Assembly: GCA_965198225.1 (NCBI GenBank)
Contig: CBDAOY010000006.1
Location: 512,001 to 576,000 of the forward strand
Direction: 5' to 3'
Length of the DNA stretch: 64,000 nucleotides
Source: Terriglobia bacterium
Lineage (GTDB): Bacteria; Acidobacteriota; Terriglobia; 20CM-2-55-15
The notes beneath the pieces are model-generated. The model searched no databases. It saw only the letters and a list, made by a program, of their open reading frames with translations, and was not told the origin of the DNA. Shown here one piece after another: positions 29,830-39,919 of this stretch. How positions within the stretch are numbered: position 1 is the first letter of the stretch; the number at the start of each line of letters is the position of its first letter. Made by a program: the position numbers and the translations under genes.

Positions 29830-31231
29830 ATGCCAAACGACAACTTTTCGACGGTGCTGGAGATTCGCTCATGAGTATCAAAGACTGGGGCCCCATTGGC
29901 CCCGTGACGCTGTGGTCGGAACCGGAGAATAACGGACAGATCATTCACGACGCCATCGTCGGTGCGCAGCGTGGACATCCCGATCTGGGAGATCGGTGGT
30001 CCGCAGATCATGAAAGCACTGACCGCGGCGAAGAAAAACGGCGTCGCGACCCGCATCATGTTCAACGGAAATTTCGGATTCGGGCCGGACAAGAACAATT
30101 TTCGTTTCGACCAGGTCTACTCGGTAATCGACACCCTGACGGCCAACGGACGGCGACGGTAAGCTCGCCTTCCATTGGGCTTCCAACAACTTCAGCATCA
30201 CCCATCAGAAGACCGTCATCATCGATGCCTTCAAGGATGGCCGGCGATTGCCGGCGGAAGACCTGCCGGATACCGCGAAGGCGCTGGTGCTGACCCTGAA
30301 CATCTGTCCATATGCCTGGATGGTGTCCCAATCCGGCGATCGCGCGCGCATGCCCTGGGTATTCTGGGGTAAAGACCAGCCCGACATCGGTTTCCCGATC
30401 CGCGATTTCGGAGCCGTTGTGACAAAGCCCGAGCTCGTTGCCTTGATCGCAGCGGTCTTCGAAACCGACTTCAACGTCGCACCGCCCGATTTCATCATTG
30501 ATTTGAAGAGCATGCAGAACGGACTGGTCTGGAGCAACGGCACAACCGGGATCACGCCCAACAAGGTCGGCGAATATCCGCATGACAAGAATGTCTACCC
30601 AGCCTTCAACCCCCAATCGCTCGGCGCGATGAAGACCGCCCTCGATCAAGGGAATTCCGTGCAAGCCCACCTCGATATCATCAACGCCGCACAGAAGACA
30701 CTGATCATCTACAACGAAGAAATGGCCGACGAACAACTGGTCGACGCCGTTGCGACCCGGGCAAAGGCCAACGTCGATGTGCGTGTCATCCTGACCGGGA
30801 ACGTACGCAGTTCACAAAAGGACGGGCTGTATTACGCCTACTACTGGAACTACGACACGCTGGCGAAGGCCGGCGTCAAAATTCGACTCTATCCGGCGGA
30901 GGGTCAGTGGATGTATATCCACGCCAAGGTCCTGCTCGCCGATGCCCGTGCGTCAAACGCCATCGCGTTCATGGGATCGGAAAACATCGGCGGCAATTCA
31001 TTGCACTTCAATCGTGAGCTCGGCCTCATCCTGCAGGGCGAGAATGACACCAGCCTCTTTGTCGAGACCTTCGAAAAGGACTGGCAAAAAGAGGACCTGA
31101 TCGATTGGCCGAGCGACGGCAGTGCACCCACTCCAAACCCGGTTTCCGAGAAGGGCGTCCCGGTTTTTGAGGCCACAGCTCAGGAGTACATCCCGATAAA
31201 GGCGGGACCCGTTCAGCCGCGTGATTCGTGA
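29830..31231 (+). pseudogene. Phospholipase D superfamily (cardiolipin synthase-like) gene with 2-3 frameshifts in its 5' part
   Basis: Two HKD motifs (THQKTVIID in the long frame upstream of 30248; IHAKVLLAD...GSEN...NRELG). The N-terminus is split across frames near 29847, 29965 and 30150. Confidence 0.8.
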
Positions 31232-31400
31232 CTGGGCCGCAAACGGTGTCAGGAATCCGTAGATCTTGCAATGCCTGCTCACTCAGGCGTTCCCACGTAG
31301 GGATCGGCGCGTTCGAGCCTTCTTTCAGATTTGCTCGCCCAGGGTCGAACGGAGTCAAAGTCGCACAGCAGTTACGGACTGTGATAAGGCCCCGTGGACC

Positions 31401-31754
31401 TTAGTAGGGCCCGGCAACGACCGAGCCGGTACTGCCTCGACCGTCCTGACAACGGGATCCGACCGGAAGAGGATCCATGGGGGCATAGTCCTGTGTTTCA
31501 CCGGCCCGTGGGCCCGAGTTAAAGCGGCAGAGGGTGCTCAACTTCTGGAGGCCAGGTTTCGTGGTGTTCTCGGTAGGGGCGGCACTGGCTTCCATGACAA
31601 GATCAACAGCGAGAGCCGCATTCGACGCAGGCCGATCTGTAAAGACACCTAGCCATGCAGAAACACCACCACCGGCAGCCAGCAGTCCCACAAACGTACC
31701 GACAAGAAGCTTCGTCCACGGGAGCCAATTCGTATTGTTGTTGTCTCTGGTCAT
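31401..31754 (-). CDS. Small membrane-anchored protein with two-Cys C-terminal domain
   Basis: AAGGAG RBS; TM segment; STLCRFNSGPRAG...PVGSRCQDGRGSTG. Confidence 0.65.
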   Translation of the reverse strand: MTRDNNNTNWLPWTKLLVGTFVGLLAAGGGVSAWLGVFTDRPASNAALAVDLVMEASAAPTENTTKPGLQKLSTLCRFNSGPRAGETQDYAPMDPLPVGSRCQDGRGSTGSVVAGPY

Positions 31755-32065
31755 TTCAGCGCTCCTTTAGCCATTCACCCGAAATAGTCTGTTTAGCTTC
31801 TGCTCATCAACCTGAAGGCAAGCGCGCGACCATGGTTTTCCGAATAGCCAGGCAGCAGCCTAATCTGATGAATGTAATCGGCTTATTTGCCCATTCACCT
31901 TCGCTAACCATCTGGGCTACAACCCTGACGGCCAATCTCTTCCGATAGGCCAACTATCAAGCTGGAATTTCCGATTTGGACCTCCGGCCGCCAAACGGTA
32001 CCCCCTACCTTTTAAATCGCCGAGTGGCGAGCAACCGTCCTCCCGGAGTCGGTAAACGAAGCGGC

Positions 32066-32183
32066 GTTACACGCGGGGAATCGCCGCGGCGGTGTTTTTC
32101 CTTTCAAAATGTCTGCCCGTCGGGGTTACACGCGGGGAATCGCCGCGGCGGTGTTTTTCCTTTCAAAATGTCTGCCCGTCGGG
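32066..32183. repeat. Perfect 59-bp tandem duplication
   Basis: GTTACACGCGGGGAATCGCCGCGGCGGTGTTTTTCCTTTCAAAATGTCTGCCCGTCGGG at 32066 and 32125. Confidence 0.9.
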
Positions 32184-32489
32184 GCATTTCTTTTCGGGCC
32201 GGTAGTGCGGACTTCCGATTGGACGCTATCGGTAAATTGTCCAGTCGGGGGTAACACTGGCGCGGACTGACGCAATTCCCATGCGCTAACAAATACTCAT
32301 TGCGAAACCGGTGTTGCGCTATTGCATCTTTTTCAAGCCCGCGGCCCCAGCGGATAAGAGTCGGCAACCACGCGACAATCGCGACAATGGAGTCGCGTCG
32401 AGAACGGCTTTATCCAGTCGCTGCCCACGCATGTTGCTGAGGATGTTACGTCGTGAATTGCGCGCGGGCTTGCTTCATGCGACGCCTTC

Positions 32490-33572
32490 GTGGCTATCGG
32501 CGTCGCATACCGGCCGCGTAATCCGGAAACGACAGTGCTGTATCAGGTCGTCGCGGAACAACTGGAAACTTTCCTCGCCAGACAACAGGAGCGCGACCGT
32601 CCGGTCCTCCGGTTTGTTGAAAAAGAATTCCGTACCTTTTTGGATTGCGGTATTCTCGCGCGGGGTTTTCTGCGGCTTCACTGCCAGGACTGTGGACAGG
32701 ATCGGCTGCTGGCGTTTTCCTGTAAAGCGCGCGTCTAGTGACCTGTAACAGTAGGCCTTGGAACTGAGGCCGACCCTCAACAAGCAGATCCCCTGTCAGA
32801 AGACGATCCCGGTATGGCCGCTCTGCTGGCCAGTTCCGTCGGCCGCAGGATTGCGGTCGGCCGCAATGCCGGCCATGGCGTCGTGCGCATGGGAGACCAG
32901 ATCGACCCAGACAGCATGGACGCCTTCGAGGGCCCACGCTGCGCCATGGTTTCTGGCTTCAGTGTGCACGCCAATATCTGTGTTGAGGCTCGCGACCGGT
33001 TGCGCCTGGAAAGGCTGATGCGCTATGCGGCCCGTCCCGCAGTCGCTACCCAACGCGTGACGGTACTCCCCGATGGCCGGCTCCACTACCGTTTGAAACG
33101 TCCATGGCGTGACGGAACCACCGCTGTTGTTTTCGAGCGCCAGGACTTTATCGCGAAACTAGCGGCCCTGGTCCCGGCGCCGCGCGCTCACCTGACGAGG
33201 TACCAGGGAGTACTTGGCCCTGCTGCAGCGTGGAGGTCCTTGATCGTTCCAGCCAGCCATGACAGTCGCAGGGAAACCGAAGTGAAACCGCGGCCTACCG
33301 CCCAACAATCAGCCGAGCTGACTGTTGCGGCTGAGCCCTGCACGGAATCATCTGCGCGCAATCGCAATTACACCTGGGCGGAGTTGATGAAACGTGTCTT
33401 CCTGGTGGACGTTCTTCAGTGTGAACATTGCGGCGGAAGGATGAAAATCCTTGCAGCAATTCGTCCGCCCACGGTCACAGTAAGAATCCTGGAGTGCCTG
33501 GGCCTGCCTTCCCGCGCCCCGCCTCTGGCGCCGGCCTCTTCCGACTACAACTGCCAGATGGACGCCTTCTGA
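32490..33572 (+). pseudogene. IS91-family (Y2/HUH) transposase, internally deleted
   Basis: The N-terminal Zn-binding part (FLDCGILARGFLRLHCQDC...AFSCK) stops at 32738. The C-terminal part (GFSVHAN, LMRYAARP, LTRYQGV, WAELMKRVF...CEHCGGRM) resumes at ~32755; the middle including the HUH motif is missing. Confidence 0.85.
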
Positions 33573-33712
33573 ACGTCGACGTCACGACGCTGCGGGACGG
33601 GTGTGTCTCCGCAAGACGGAAAACTGCCTTGAATCTGCCGCCTGCCCGGAACATCCTGCCTTGAATCCCCCGCGCGACGGCCTGCGGCCGCGCGCGGGTG
33701 TACATAACACCC

Positions 33713-35039
33713 CACTAGTGTCCGGTTAGAAGTCGAATAGAACCAGCTGGTTAGGATCTTGGAGTTCATTGAATTGGGAATCAGGCGCGTGAAAGGCCTG
33801 CAAAATGGGCTGTTTCTCAAGAATCGCAATGCTGAGAATCTGTAGGATTTGGTAAAGACTCCTATCGATGCCGAGGCGCTTCCGGATGATGGCGACGAGA
33901 ACATAAACCGAAATGGCGATCCAGATCTGGGTCTTCACCGCATTCTCGCTGGTGCCGTAGAAGGACTTGATTCGAAGGTGTTGTTTGATCCATTTAAAGA
34001 AAAGTTCCACCTGCCATCGCGACTTGTAGATCTGAGTGATGGTGAGTGCAGGCAACGCGAAGTTGTTGGTCAGGAACTTCAACCGCTTGTTCGTCCCGGC
34101 ATCGAAGTAGCTGATACGCCGCAACGGATCGGGATAGGTTTTGGCGGATTTGTTCGTTGTGAGGATGACCGTCTGGTCGGATCGCAATCCCGTGGTCGTG
34201 TCCACCCGACGGGAGTACCGCCGCCGCAGGACGACGTTCTTCTTAGCACGCACCACAAAGAAAGCGGAACAGAGGGAGAAGAGAAAGAGCCGTTCAAAAT
34301 CGATATAGGCGCGGTCCATGACGTAGAAGGCACCCGCTTCGGGTGCGATCTCATCGAGAACGTTGACGTCATGGACTTTCCCGTCTGTGACGTGGATAAA
34401 CGCGGGAATGTTGCCGTGAAGATCCAGCAGTGTATGCATCTTGACCGCGGCTTTGTGCCGGCGAAACCGGGCCCATGGGAATAGTGAAAGACACAGGTCA
34501 ATGGTGGTCGAGTCCAGGGCATACAGACCTTGATCCAACTCGACGCCGATGGGGTCTTCGGCATATAACGGCCGCGCCATGCCGATCAGGACCTGTGCGA
34601 AATCCGCATAGATCCGCCAGTCGCGCCGCTCGTTGGCGTCGGCCAGTGTCGTCCGCGCCACCTTGCTTCGGAATCCCATGTGGTAACGCTTTCTGCCGAG
34701 GGCGCGTAAGCAGGCTTCGATGTCGCGGAGGCTTTCACGATAGGTCAATTGGGCGAATGCCATCGCCAGGAACTGATCCCAGCAGGAAAACCCTTTCTGC
34801 TGGTAATCGCCCCGATAGCGGGCGACACACTTCTGAAACTCGTATCGGGGCGCGTAATCCATGACTTGTGAGAAGACGGTTTGGCCTGAGTTCATGCGCC
34901 ATTGGTATCACCCCTCTCACCGTAATATTGCTAAAAGTGTGATCGGCAGGTTCAAATCGAAAAATCGTAGAATGCCCTTCAACTCACTGTCCATCTATAA
35001 GTTGCCGGCGGCTGTTGCACCGTGTTCCGGACACTAGTG
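33713..35039 (-). mobile_element. IS4-family insertion sequence, intact (1327 bp)
   Basis: TIRs CACTAGTGTCCGG / CCGGACACTAGTG; 9-bp TSD ATAACACCC at 33704-33712 and 35040-35048. Confidence 0.93.
33726..34895 (-). CDS. IS4-family DDE transposase (DUF4372 plus DDE_Tnp_1 type)
   Basis: ALDSTTI, VMDRAY and YKSRWQVELFFKWIKQ (YREK-like motif). Confidence 0.95.
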   Translation of the reverse strand: MNSGQTVFSQVMDYAPRYEFQKCVARYRGDYQQKGFSCWDQFLAMAFAQLTYRESLRDIEACLRALGRKRYHMGFRSKVARTTLADANERRDWRIYADFAQVLIGMARPLYAEDPIGVELDQGLYALDSTTIDLCLSLFPWARFRRHKAAVKMHTLLDLHGNIPAFIHVTDGKVHDVNVLDEIAPEAGAFYVMDRAYIDFERLFLFSLCSAFFVVRAKKNVVLRRRYSRRVDTTTGLRSDQTVILTTNKSAKTYPDPLRRISYFDAGTNKRLKFLTNNFALPALTITQIYKSRWQVELFFKWIKQHLRIKSFYGTSENAVKTQIWIAISVYVLVAIIRKRLGIDRSLYQILQILSIAILEKQPILQAFHAPDSQFNELQDPNQLVLFDF

Positions 35040-35088
35040 ATAACACCCATACCACGACAATGTCCGTGCTGCCATCGTCGTCAGACCC

Positions 35089-35106
35089 TGCTTATACCGC
35101 TTATCC
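35089..35106 (+). mobile_element. Candidate oriIS-like end of the IS91-family element
   Basis: TGCTTATACCGCTTATCC resembles IS91/ISCR-type ends and sits right at the junction to a truncated permease gene. Confidence 0.5.
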
Positions 35107-35107
35107 G

Positions 35108-35242
35108 CAGGTGAGCGCTTTGGACATCGTGACGTTGGCCGGGGCATGTGCCACTCTTCTCGCCGCCTCTATCGCGGCGGGATACTTACCTGGGCGACGC
35201 GCTGCTCGGATCGACCCGATGGCGGCACTCAGAGCCGAGTAG
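35108..35242 (+). pseudogene. C-terminal remnant of an ADOP/MacB-like ABC permease
   Basis: QVSALDIVTL...YLPGRRAARIDPMAALRAE*. Confidence 0.8.
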
Positions 35243-35439
35243 CCCCGGTCCTAGCGCCAACGTGCAGCTCCATCAGGCGATAGGTCCTGCCTTGTCGCCT
35301 AGGGTTTACCATTTTTGCGGAAGTGAATGGCTCTACCCTTCGGCGTTACTCAGGACCTAAAGTCTTTCTTGTCTGGAAGTGCCATTCGTAGTTAACTTTA
35401 CCCAGATTCTCACGGTCCGCTTCAGCACGCACTGGCACC

Positions 35440-35545
35440 ATGGAACCTGGCACCAAACTCAGCCACTATGAAATCTTGTCCGCCATCGGCAGAGGTGGCA
35501 TGGGGGAGGTGTGGAAAGCCCGCGACACAAAGCTCGGCCGCAGGC
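35440..35545 (+). pseudogene. Ser/Thr kinase N-terminal remnant
   Basis: MEPGTKLSHYEILSAIGRGGMGEVWKARDTKLGR, then unrelated sequence. Confidence 0.85.
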
Positions 35546-35903
35546 CGTCGCGCGGACCTGAGCAGAGTGGTCGAGCTAGATCGAGTTGGGCGGCCTCCGT
35601 CATTACTATGTGTGTATGGCGGCCTGAAGGATCTGGGATGAATAAACAGGAACCACACCGGCCCCGGTTCGCCGCTTTGGCAAACCGGGCCGACGATACG
35701 AGTATACGAGAGCTTGACCGAAGGATGAGTCAACACGAAACCATCATAGGGGAAGCGCTTTCGGAAGCTGATGTCGCTGAGTATCTGCGGAGTTACCCGG
35801 ATATCTTCGAGCGGCTCCGCATGCCTCGCCGCTTCCTTTGCCCGACGACGCGGAGCTTTTCCGCTCCGTCATATTTATGACGTTCGCGCCGCAGCTCTGA
35901 CCG

Positions 35904-36761
35904 ATGCCGGAATGGGGTTCCCTGCTTGAATACGCGTCGGGCATGCGCTTGGACTCATCGCCGGCCCTGCAGCGGATCGAAGAGACCTTGGAGGACGTCT
36001 TGTGGCAGACGCGCGCTGGTCTGCCGCAGATGGTGATCTGGATTGGCGTAGCCGTTGTGCTGATCTGGCTTACGCAACGATGGCTTGAGGGCCATTGGAT
36101 CGCGGCGACGGTCCTATGGGTAGGCGTTGGCTTGATCGTGTTGATCGCATGGATACTCGTGAGCCTTCTGCTTGCCTTCGCGAAACACTCTATCGCGTTA
36201 TATCTGTGCTGCTATCTACTCTTCGATCAACACGACCGCGCAATCTGCGGTGTTCGATGGGCGCTCGAGCACCGTCTGCCCATCGTCTTGTATCTGCGCG
36301 GTTTCGGAGACGAGCAGGAATCGGCCGCGCACCATTTCGTCGAGCAACAGCTCGTGAACGCCGTAAGAATCAACGATGCGTTTATGCACCCTGTCGTAGT
36401 CGTCGCGCTCGGCAGCCCGTTAGTCGATCTGAGCGATTCCCTTTTCCCCATTCCGAGGCTCTTCGTTGGATCGCGTTGGGACGACTTCGTTTCTGCCCTC
36501 GTTTCTCGAGCAAGCGTTTGCGTCATCCTCAAAGGCGGCTCGGGCTCCGGTTTGGATTGGGAGATTGGCGAGATCGTCAAGCAGAATCGAGACAATCGAA
36601 CACTGCTCGTCAGGGTGGATTCGAAGGAGTCTCGAAACGCAGAAGACGGGCTCGAACGCAAAATTTCGCAAAGTGACATCAGGCAGTTCGATTTCCCTGA
36701 AACCGGTGAAATCGAAGCGTTGGAGCAGCTTTTCGGAACATATTCGCCGGATTCGTCATGA
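35904..36761 (+). CDS. Hypothetical membrane protein with YLRxFxD(D/E) domain
   Basis: Two to three TM segments, then IVLYLRGFGDE, WDDFVSALV and SGLDWEI. Confidence 0.7.
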   Translation: MPEWGSLLEYASGMRLDSSPALQRIEETLEDVLWQTRAGLPQMVIWIGVAVVLIWLTQRWLEGHWIAATVLWVGVGLIVLIAWILVSLLLAFAKHSIALYLCCYLLFDQHDRAICGVRWALEHRLPIVLYLRGFGDEQESAAHHFVEQQLVNAVRINDAFMHPVVVVALGSPLVDLSDSLFPIPRLFVGSRWDDFVSALVSRASVCVILKGGSGSGLDWEIGEIVKQNRDNRTLLVRVDSKESRNAEDGLERKISQSDIRQFDFPETGEIEALEQLFGTYSPDSS

Positions 36762-37222
36762 AGCATGACGACCGAAAATCTCTCGCCAGAATCGATCTTT
36801 CCAAAGCGAACATCGAGAAGACGTCTGACAGGCGCCGTTACCGGCCCGCGCGACTGTTTCTTTACGGGCTGTTCTACGGGCCCAAGATTTCGAGGCTCGT
36901 CGACTACTCACGGTACGCGACGGGGCTGTTCTCTCCCGCCGAGTTCGATCCGCTCGAAACGATCCGCGATCTAGAGATGAGCAAACCACGGCTCCCTTCG
37001 CCGCTTCATCTGTCGCGGCCGCCGGACGAGAAAACGGCGAAAGCCCGCGGTTGGCCCGTGTGGTCGAAGACGGACATCGCCGAGATCGAGAGGTGGAACT
37101 GGCGCCAACTCTCGGCAGCCAGGCAGGATCGAGCCGCGGACATCCTCACGAATCCGAGGGCCTGGCTGAAGCTCCGCCGGATGATGCATCAACGGCGTAT
37201 GCGGGGATATGTGCAGCGATAA
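36758..37222 (+). CDS. Hypothetical protein
   Basis: ATGA overlap with the upstream stop; no recognisable motif. Confidence 0.45.
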   Translation: MKHDDRKSLARIDLSKANIEKTSDRRRYRPARLFLYGLFYGPKISRLVDYSRYATGLFSPAEFDPLETIRDLEMSKPRLPSPLHLSRPPDEKTAKARGWPVWSKTDIAEIERWNWRQLSAARQDRAADILTNPRAWLKLRRMMHQRRMRGYVQR

Positions 37223-37720
37223 GATCGGCTGCGGGGCGTTCGATCTCGTGGCCATGGCGGTCGCCAAGCTATCCGCCGGAAGTGGGGCAGAGGATAGTTC
37301 GACCGGATCACCTTAAGTTTCCAATGCGACGGCGAAGCGGCGGACTTATTCCGGAAACCTTTGTTTGCCCGTGTGTTTGAAGCCCCTGAACGCGGCGAGG
37401 CTTCACCATCACCATGGATCTTCGACTGCGCGTCGTCAGAATTCGCACGAACGCGCCTTTTTGTTCGGTGTGTGCAGGCCTTAAGTCTTGGCTACTGGCC
37501 GTACGCTGCAGACGCACAGAGGCATAGAGAGAAGCCCGACACCTGCAGGCGGTGGTAGCAACGTGCAAACTAACTGGAAAAGTGAGAACGATGCCGTGGC
37601 GAAACGCTGGATTACTCCTGCCTTGTCGCCTAGCGTTTAGCAATGGCGGAATCCAATTTGTCAGAAATCGGCCGCTAGGAGACCAGTCGTTCCCCAGAAA
37701 CGCCGTTCTGGGAATGCGTA

Positions 37721-39322
37721 TCATATGCTCAGTGAATCAGGCCGCCGTTGCCGTGACAACAACCATTCGAACAAGGTTCGCGACACAAATACCGATGTAA
37801 ACAAGTTGGTCACGAGTCCGATGGCAAGCGTGACGGCAAAGCCGCGGACTGATGCCGTTCCGAACAGGAACAATGACATGGCTGAGATCAGTGCGGCCGT
37901 GTGGGTATCGACGAGCGTGACAAAGACGCGGCCGAAGCCCGTCGCAACCGAAGACACCGGCGTTTTCCCCGACCGTAGTTCTTCCCGGATCCGCTCGAAT
38001 ATCAGAATGTTCGAGTCGATGCCCACGCCGATAGTCAGGATCACCCCGGCAATCCCCGGCAGAGTCAGCGACGCGCCAAAGTAGGCCAGCGCGCTGAAGA
38101 GAATGAGAATGTTCAGAATCATCGCCACGGTAGCGTTAACTCCCGCCATCCGATAGTAGAAGAGCATGAACAGAACAACGGCGACCAGTGCCACGACTCC
38201 AGCGAGAATCCCTTGCCGAATCGAGTCCGCGCCAAGCGATGCGGATACCTGACCTTCGGCCAGGTACTCGAGAGACGCCGGCAGTGCCCCGCTACGAAGA
38301 ACGAGAGCCAGGTCCTGTGCCTCCTGGAGCGTGAAACCACCTGAACCGCCCCGGATAATGCCCGAGGTGCTGATCCGCTCTTCAATGCGCGCCGCTGACT
38401 GGATCCTGTCATCGAGAACGATCGCGAGAGTCCGCCCGATGTTTTGTTCGGTAACACGTCCGAATCGTTGTGATCCGTCAGGGGTGAGCGTGAACCCCAC
38501 CGCCGGCCGATTGTTTTCGTCACGGGAGGTATAGGCGGATCGCAGGTCCCGGCCCGTGATCGCGGCCACGCGGCGCACTGCGTACCATGTCTCGGACGAA
38601 TCAGTTGCATCTCGTTCCCCCGACTCCATCAACTCCAAATCAGCCGGCAGCGTTTCACCGTAGGTCGCCCTGGCCGCCTGTTCGCTCGCGAAGGGGCCCG
38701 AGTCTGCGAGCTTCACTTCGAGAAAAGAAGTGGACTGTACGACTCCGCGAACGCGATCAGAATCCTCGACTCCGGGCAATTGGACGAGAATCTCATAGCG
38801 GCCGGAGCCGCCGTATCGCTGAATCACCGGCTCGGTCACTCCGAGCCCGTCAACCCGATTTCCGATTGTGAGCATCGCTTGAACGACGGCTTGATCACGG
38901 AAACCATTTTCCGCTGTGGCTTCCATCTGCACGACATACGTATAGGGAGGGCTTCCCGTAACGGATACGACGTTCCATTCTGGAAACTCTTCGTTCAAGA
39001 TCCGACGGACATCTCTACCTTTCGAGGAGTCGACGCCGGCGATCCGGAAGCGGTTGACTTCGAGGCGGGAGTCCTGCCTGAAACGGACGTTGTCCCGTTC
39101 CAACGCCTGGCGAAGACGTTCAATTGCACGGTCGGTCTCCGCTCGAACGGCATCGTCGGTGACGACTCCAAGAATGAGGTGGGTACCGCCTTTAAGGTCC
39201 AGGCCCAGTTGGATCCGCGCCTCCATATTGGCGAGGCTTGGCGGAAAACCCATGAGCAGGTAACTCGCGAAACAAGTGACACAGACGATAATCAGTAGAC
39301 GAGCTCGAATCCTCTTGTTCAT
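37721..39322 (-). CDS. secD: Protein translocase subunit SecD
   Basis: LGLDLKGG, RVDGLGVTEP, LRSGALP, TLPGIAG, GIDSNILIFERIREE and RGFAVTL. Confidence 0.95.
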   Translation of the reverse strand: MNKRIRARLLIIVCVTCFASYLLMGFPPSLANMEARIQLGLDLKGGTHLILGVVTDDAVRAETDRAIERLRQALERDNVRFRQDSRLEVNRFRIAGVDSSKGRDVRRILNEEFPEWNVVSVTGSPPYTYVVQMEATAENGFRDQAVVQAMLTIGNRVDGLGVTEPVIQRYGGSGRYEILVQLPGVEDSDRVRGVVQSTSFLEVKLADSGPFASEQAARATYGETLPADLELMESGERDATDSSETWYAVRRVAAITGRDLRSAYTSRDENNRPAVGFTLTPDGSQRFGRVTEQNIGRTLAIVLDDRIQSAARIEERISTSGIIRGGSGGFTLQEAQDLALVLRSGALPASLEYLAEGQVSASLGADSIRQGILAGVVALVAVVLFMLFYYRMAGVNATVAMILNILILFSALAYFGASLTLPGIAGVILTIGVGIDSNILIFERIREELRSGKTPVSSVATGFGRVFVTLVDTHTAALISAMSLFLFGTASVRGFAVTLAIGLVTNLFTSVFVSRTLFEWLLSRQRRPDSLSI

Positions 39323-39465
39323 AACGCACCTGAGTCCCGGATGCGCCGATGCGGTCCGGATCGCCGATGCCGGGACAGGGAAGAATTGGTGGTTGGACCC
39401 GCAGGTGCCGAGAAACCAAACGCAGCTTGCGGCACTACGGAAGAACGGTCGTTTGAACTCGAGGT

Positions 39466-39786
39466 CTAGATCCGAAGAACGTGGTGTTTGGCGAGAATGT
39501 CGTCTGGAGCCCTCAGAGAGGCTGTTCTCTGGATGAAGAGCTCTTCCGTTGGATCGCCATTTGGCCTGGGTGTGTCGACACTGAATCGTGACAGATGAGA
39601 CTTGCAGTCATCGTTCAGCGTGAGATGCTGGCGAGGGTGCAGTTCGGGGGGAGCCAGCGGCGCAAAAGCCAGGTGGTGGTCGTCAGTGCCTTCCTGGGTC
39701 GCACTGAATTCGGTCCCGTACGTCGCAGAGCTGCACACGCCGAGGACCAAGATCAACATCAGTGCAATTGAGACACTACGCAACAC
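39466..39786 (-). CDS. secD upstream ORF (~106 aa) with signal/TM segment; candidate translation-arrest peptide
   Basis: Hydrophobic N-terminus VSIALMLILVLGVC and C-terminal SLRAPDD; co-oriented, ending 143 nt upstream of secD. Confidence 0.55.
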   Translation of the reverse strand: MLRSVSIALMLILVLGVCSSATYGTEFSATQEGTDDHHLAFAPLAPPELHPRQHLTLNDDCKSHLSRFSVDTPRPNGDPTEELFIQRTASLRAPDDILAKHHVLRI

Positions 39787-39919
39787 GAATTTATTGTGAT
39801 CCTCGCAGGTCGAAAACGCAATGTTATCGACGAATCCCAACGGAGCTCGGCGGTACAATTCGCTATGGGATAATCAACCGCGCCCACGCTTCTACGGCGG
39901 GCCACCTCCACTGAAGTCC

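Noticed and set aside
32066-32183. Possible CRISPR array
   Set aside because: Two adjacent 59-bp copies with no spacer and no cas genes.
37222-37720. Expected secF downstream of secD
   Set aside because: No SecF-like hydrophobic frame was found; the minus-strand ORF 37308-37724 is not SecF-like.
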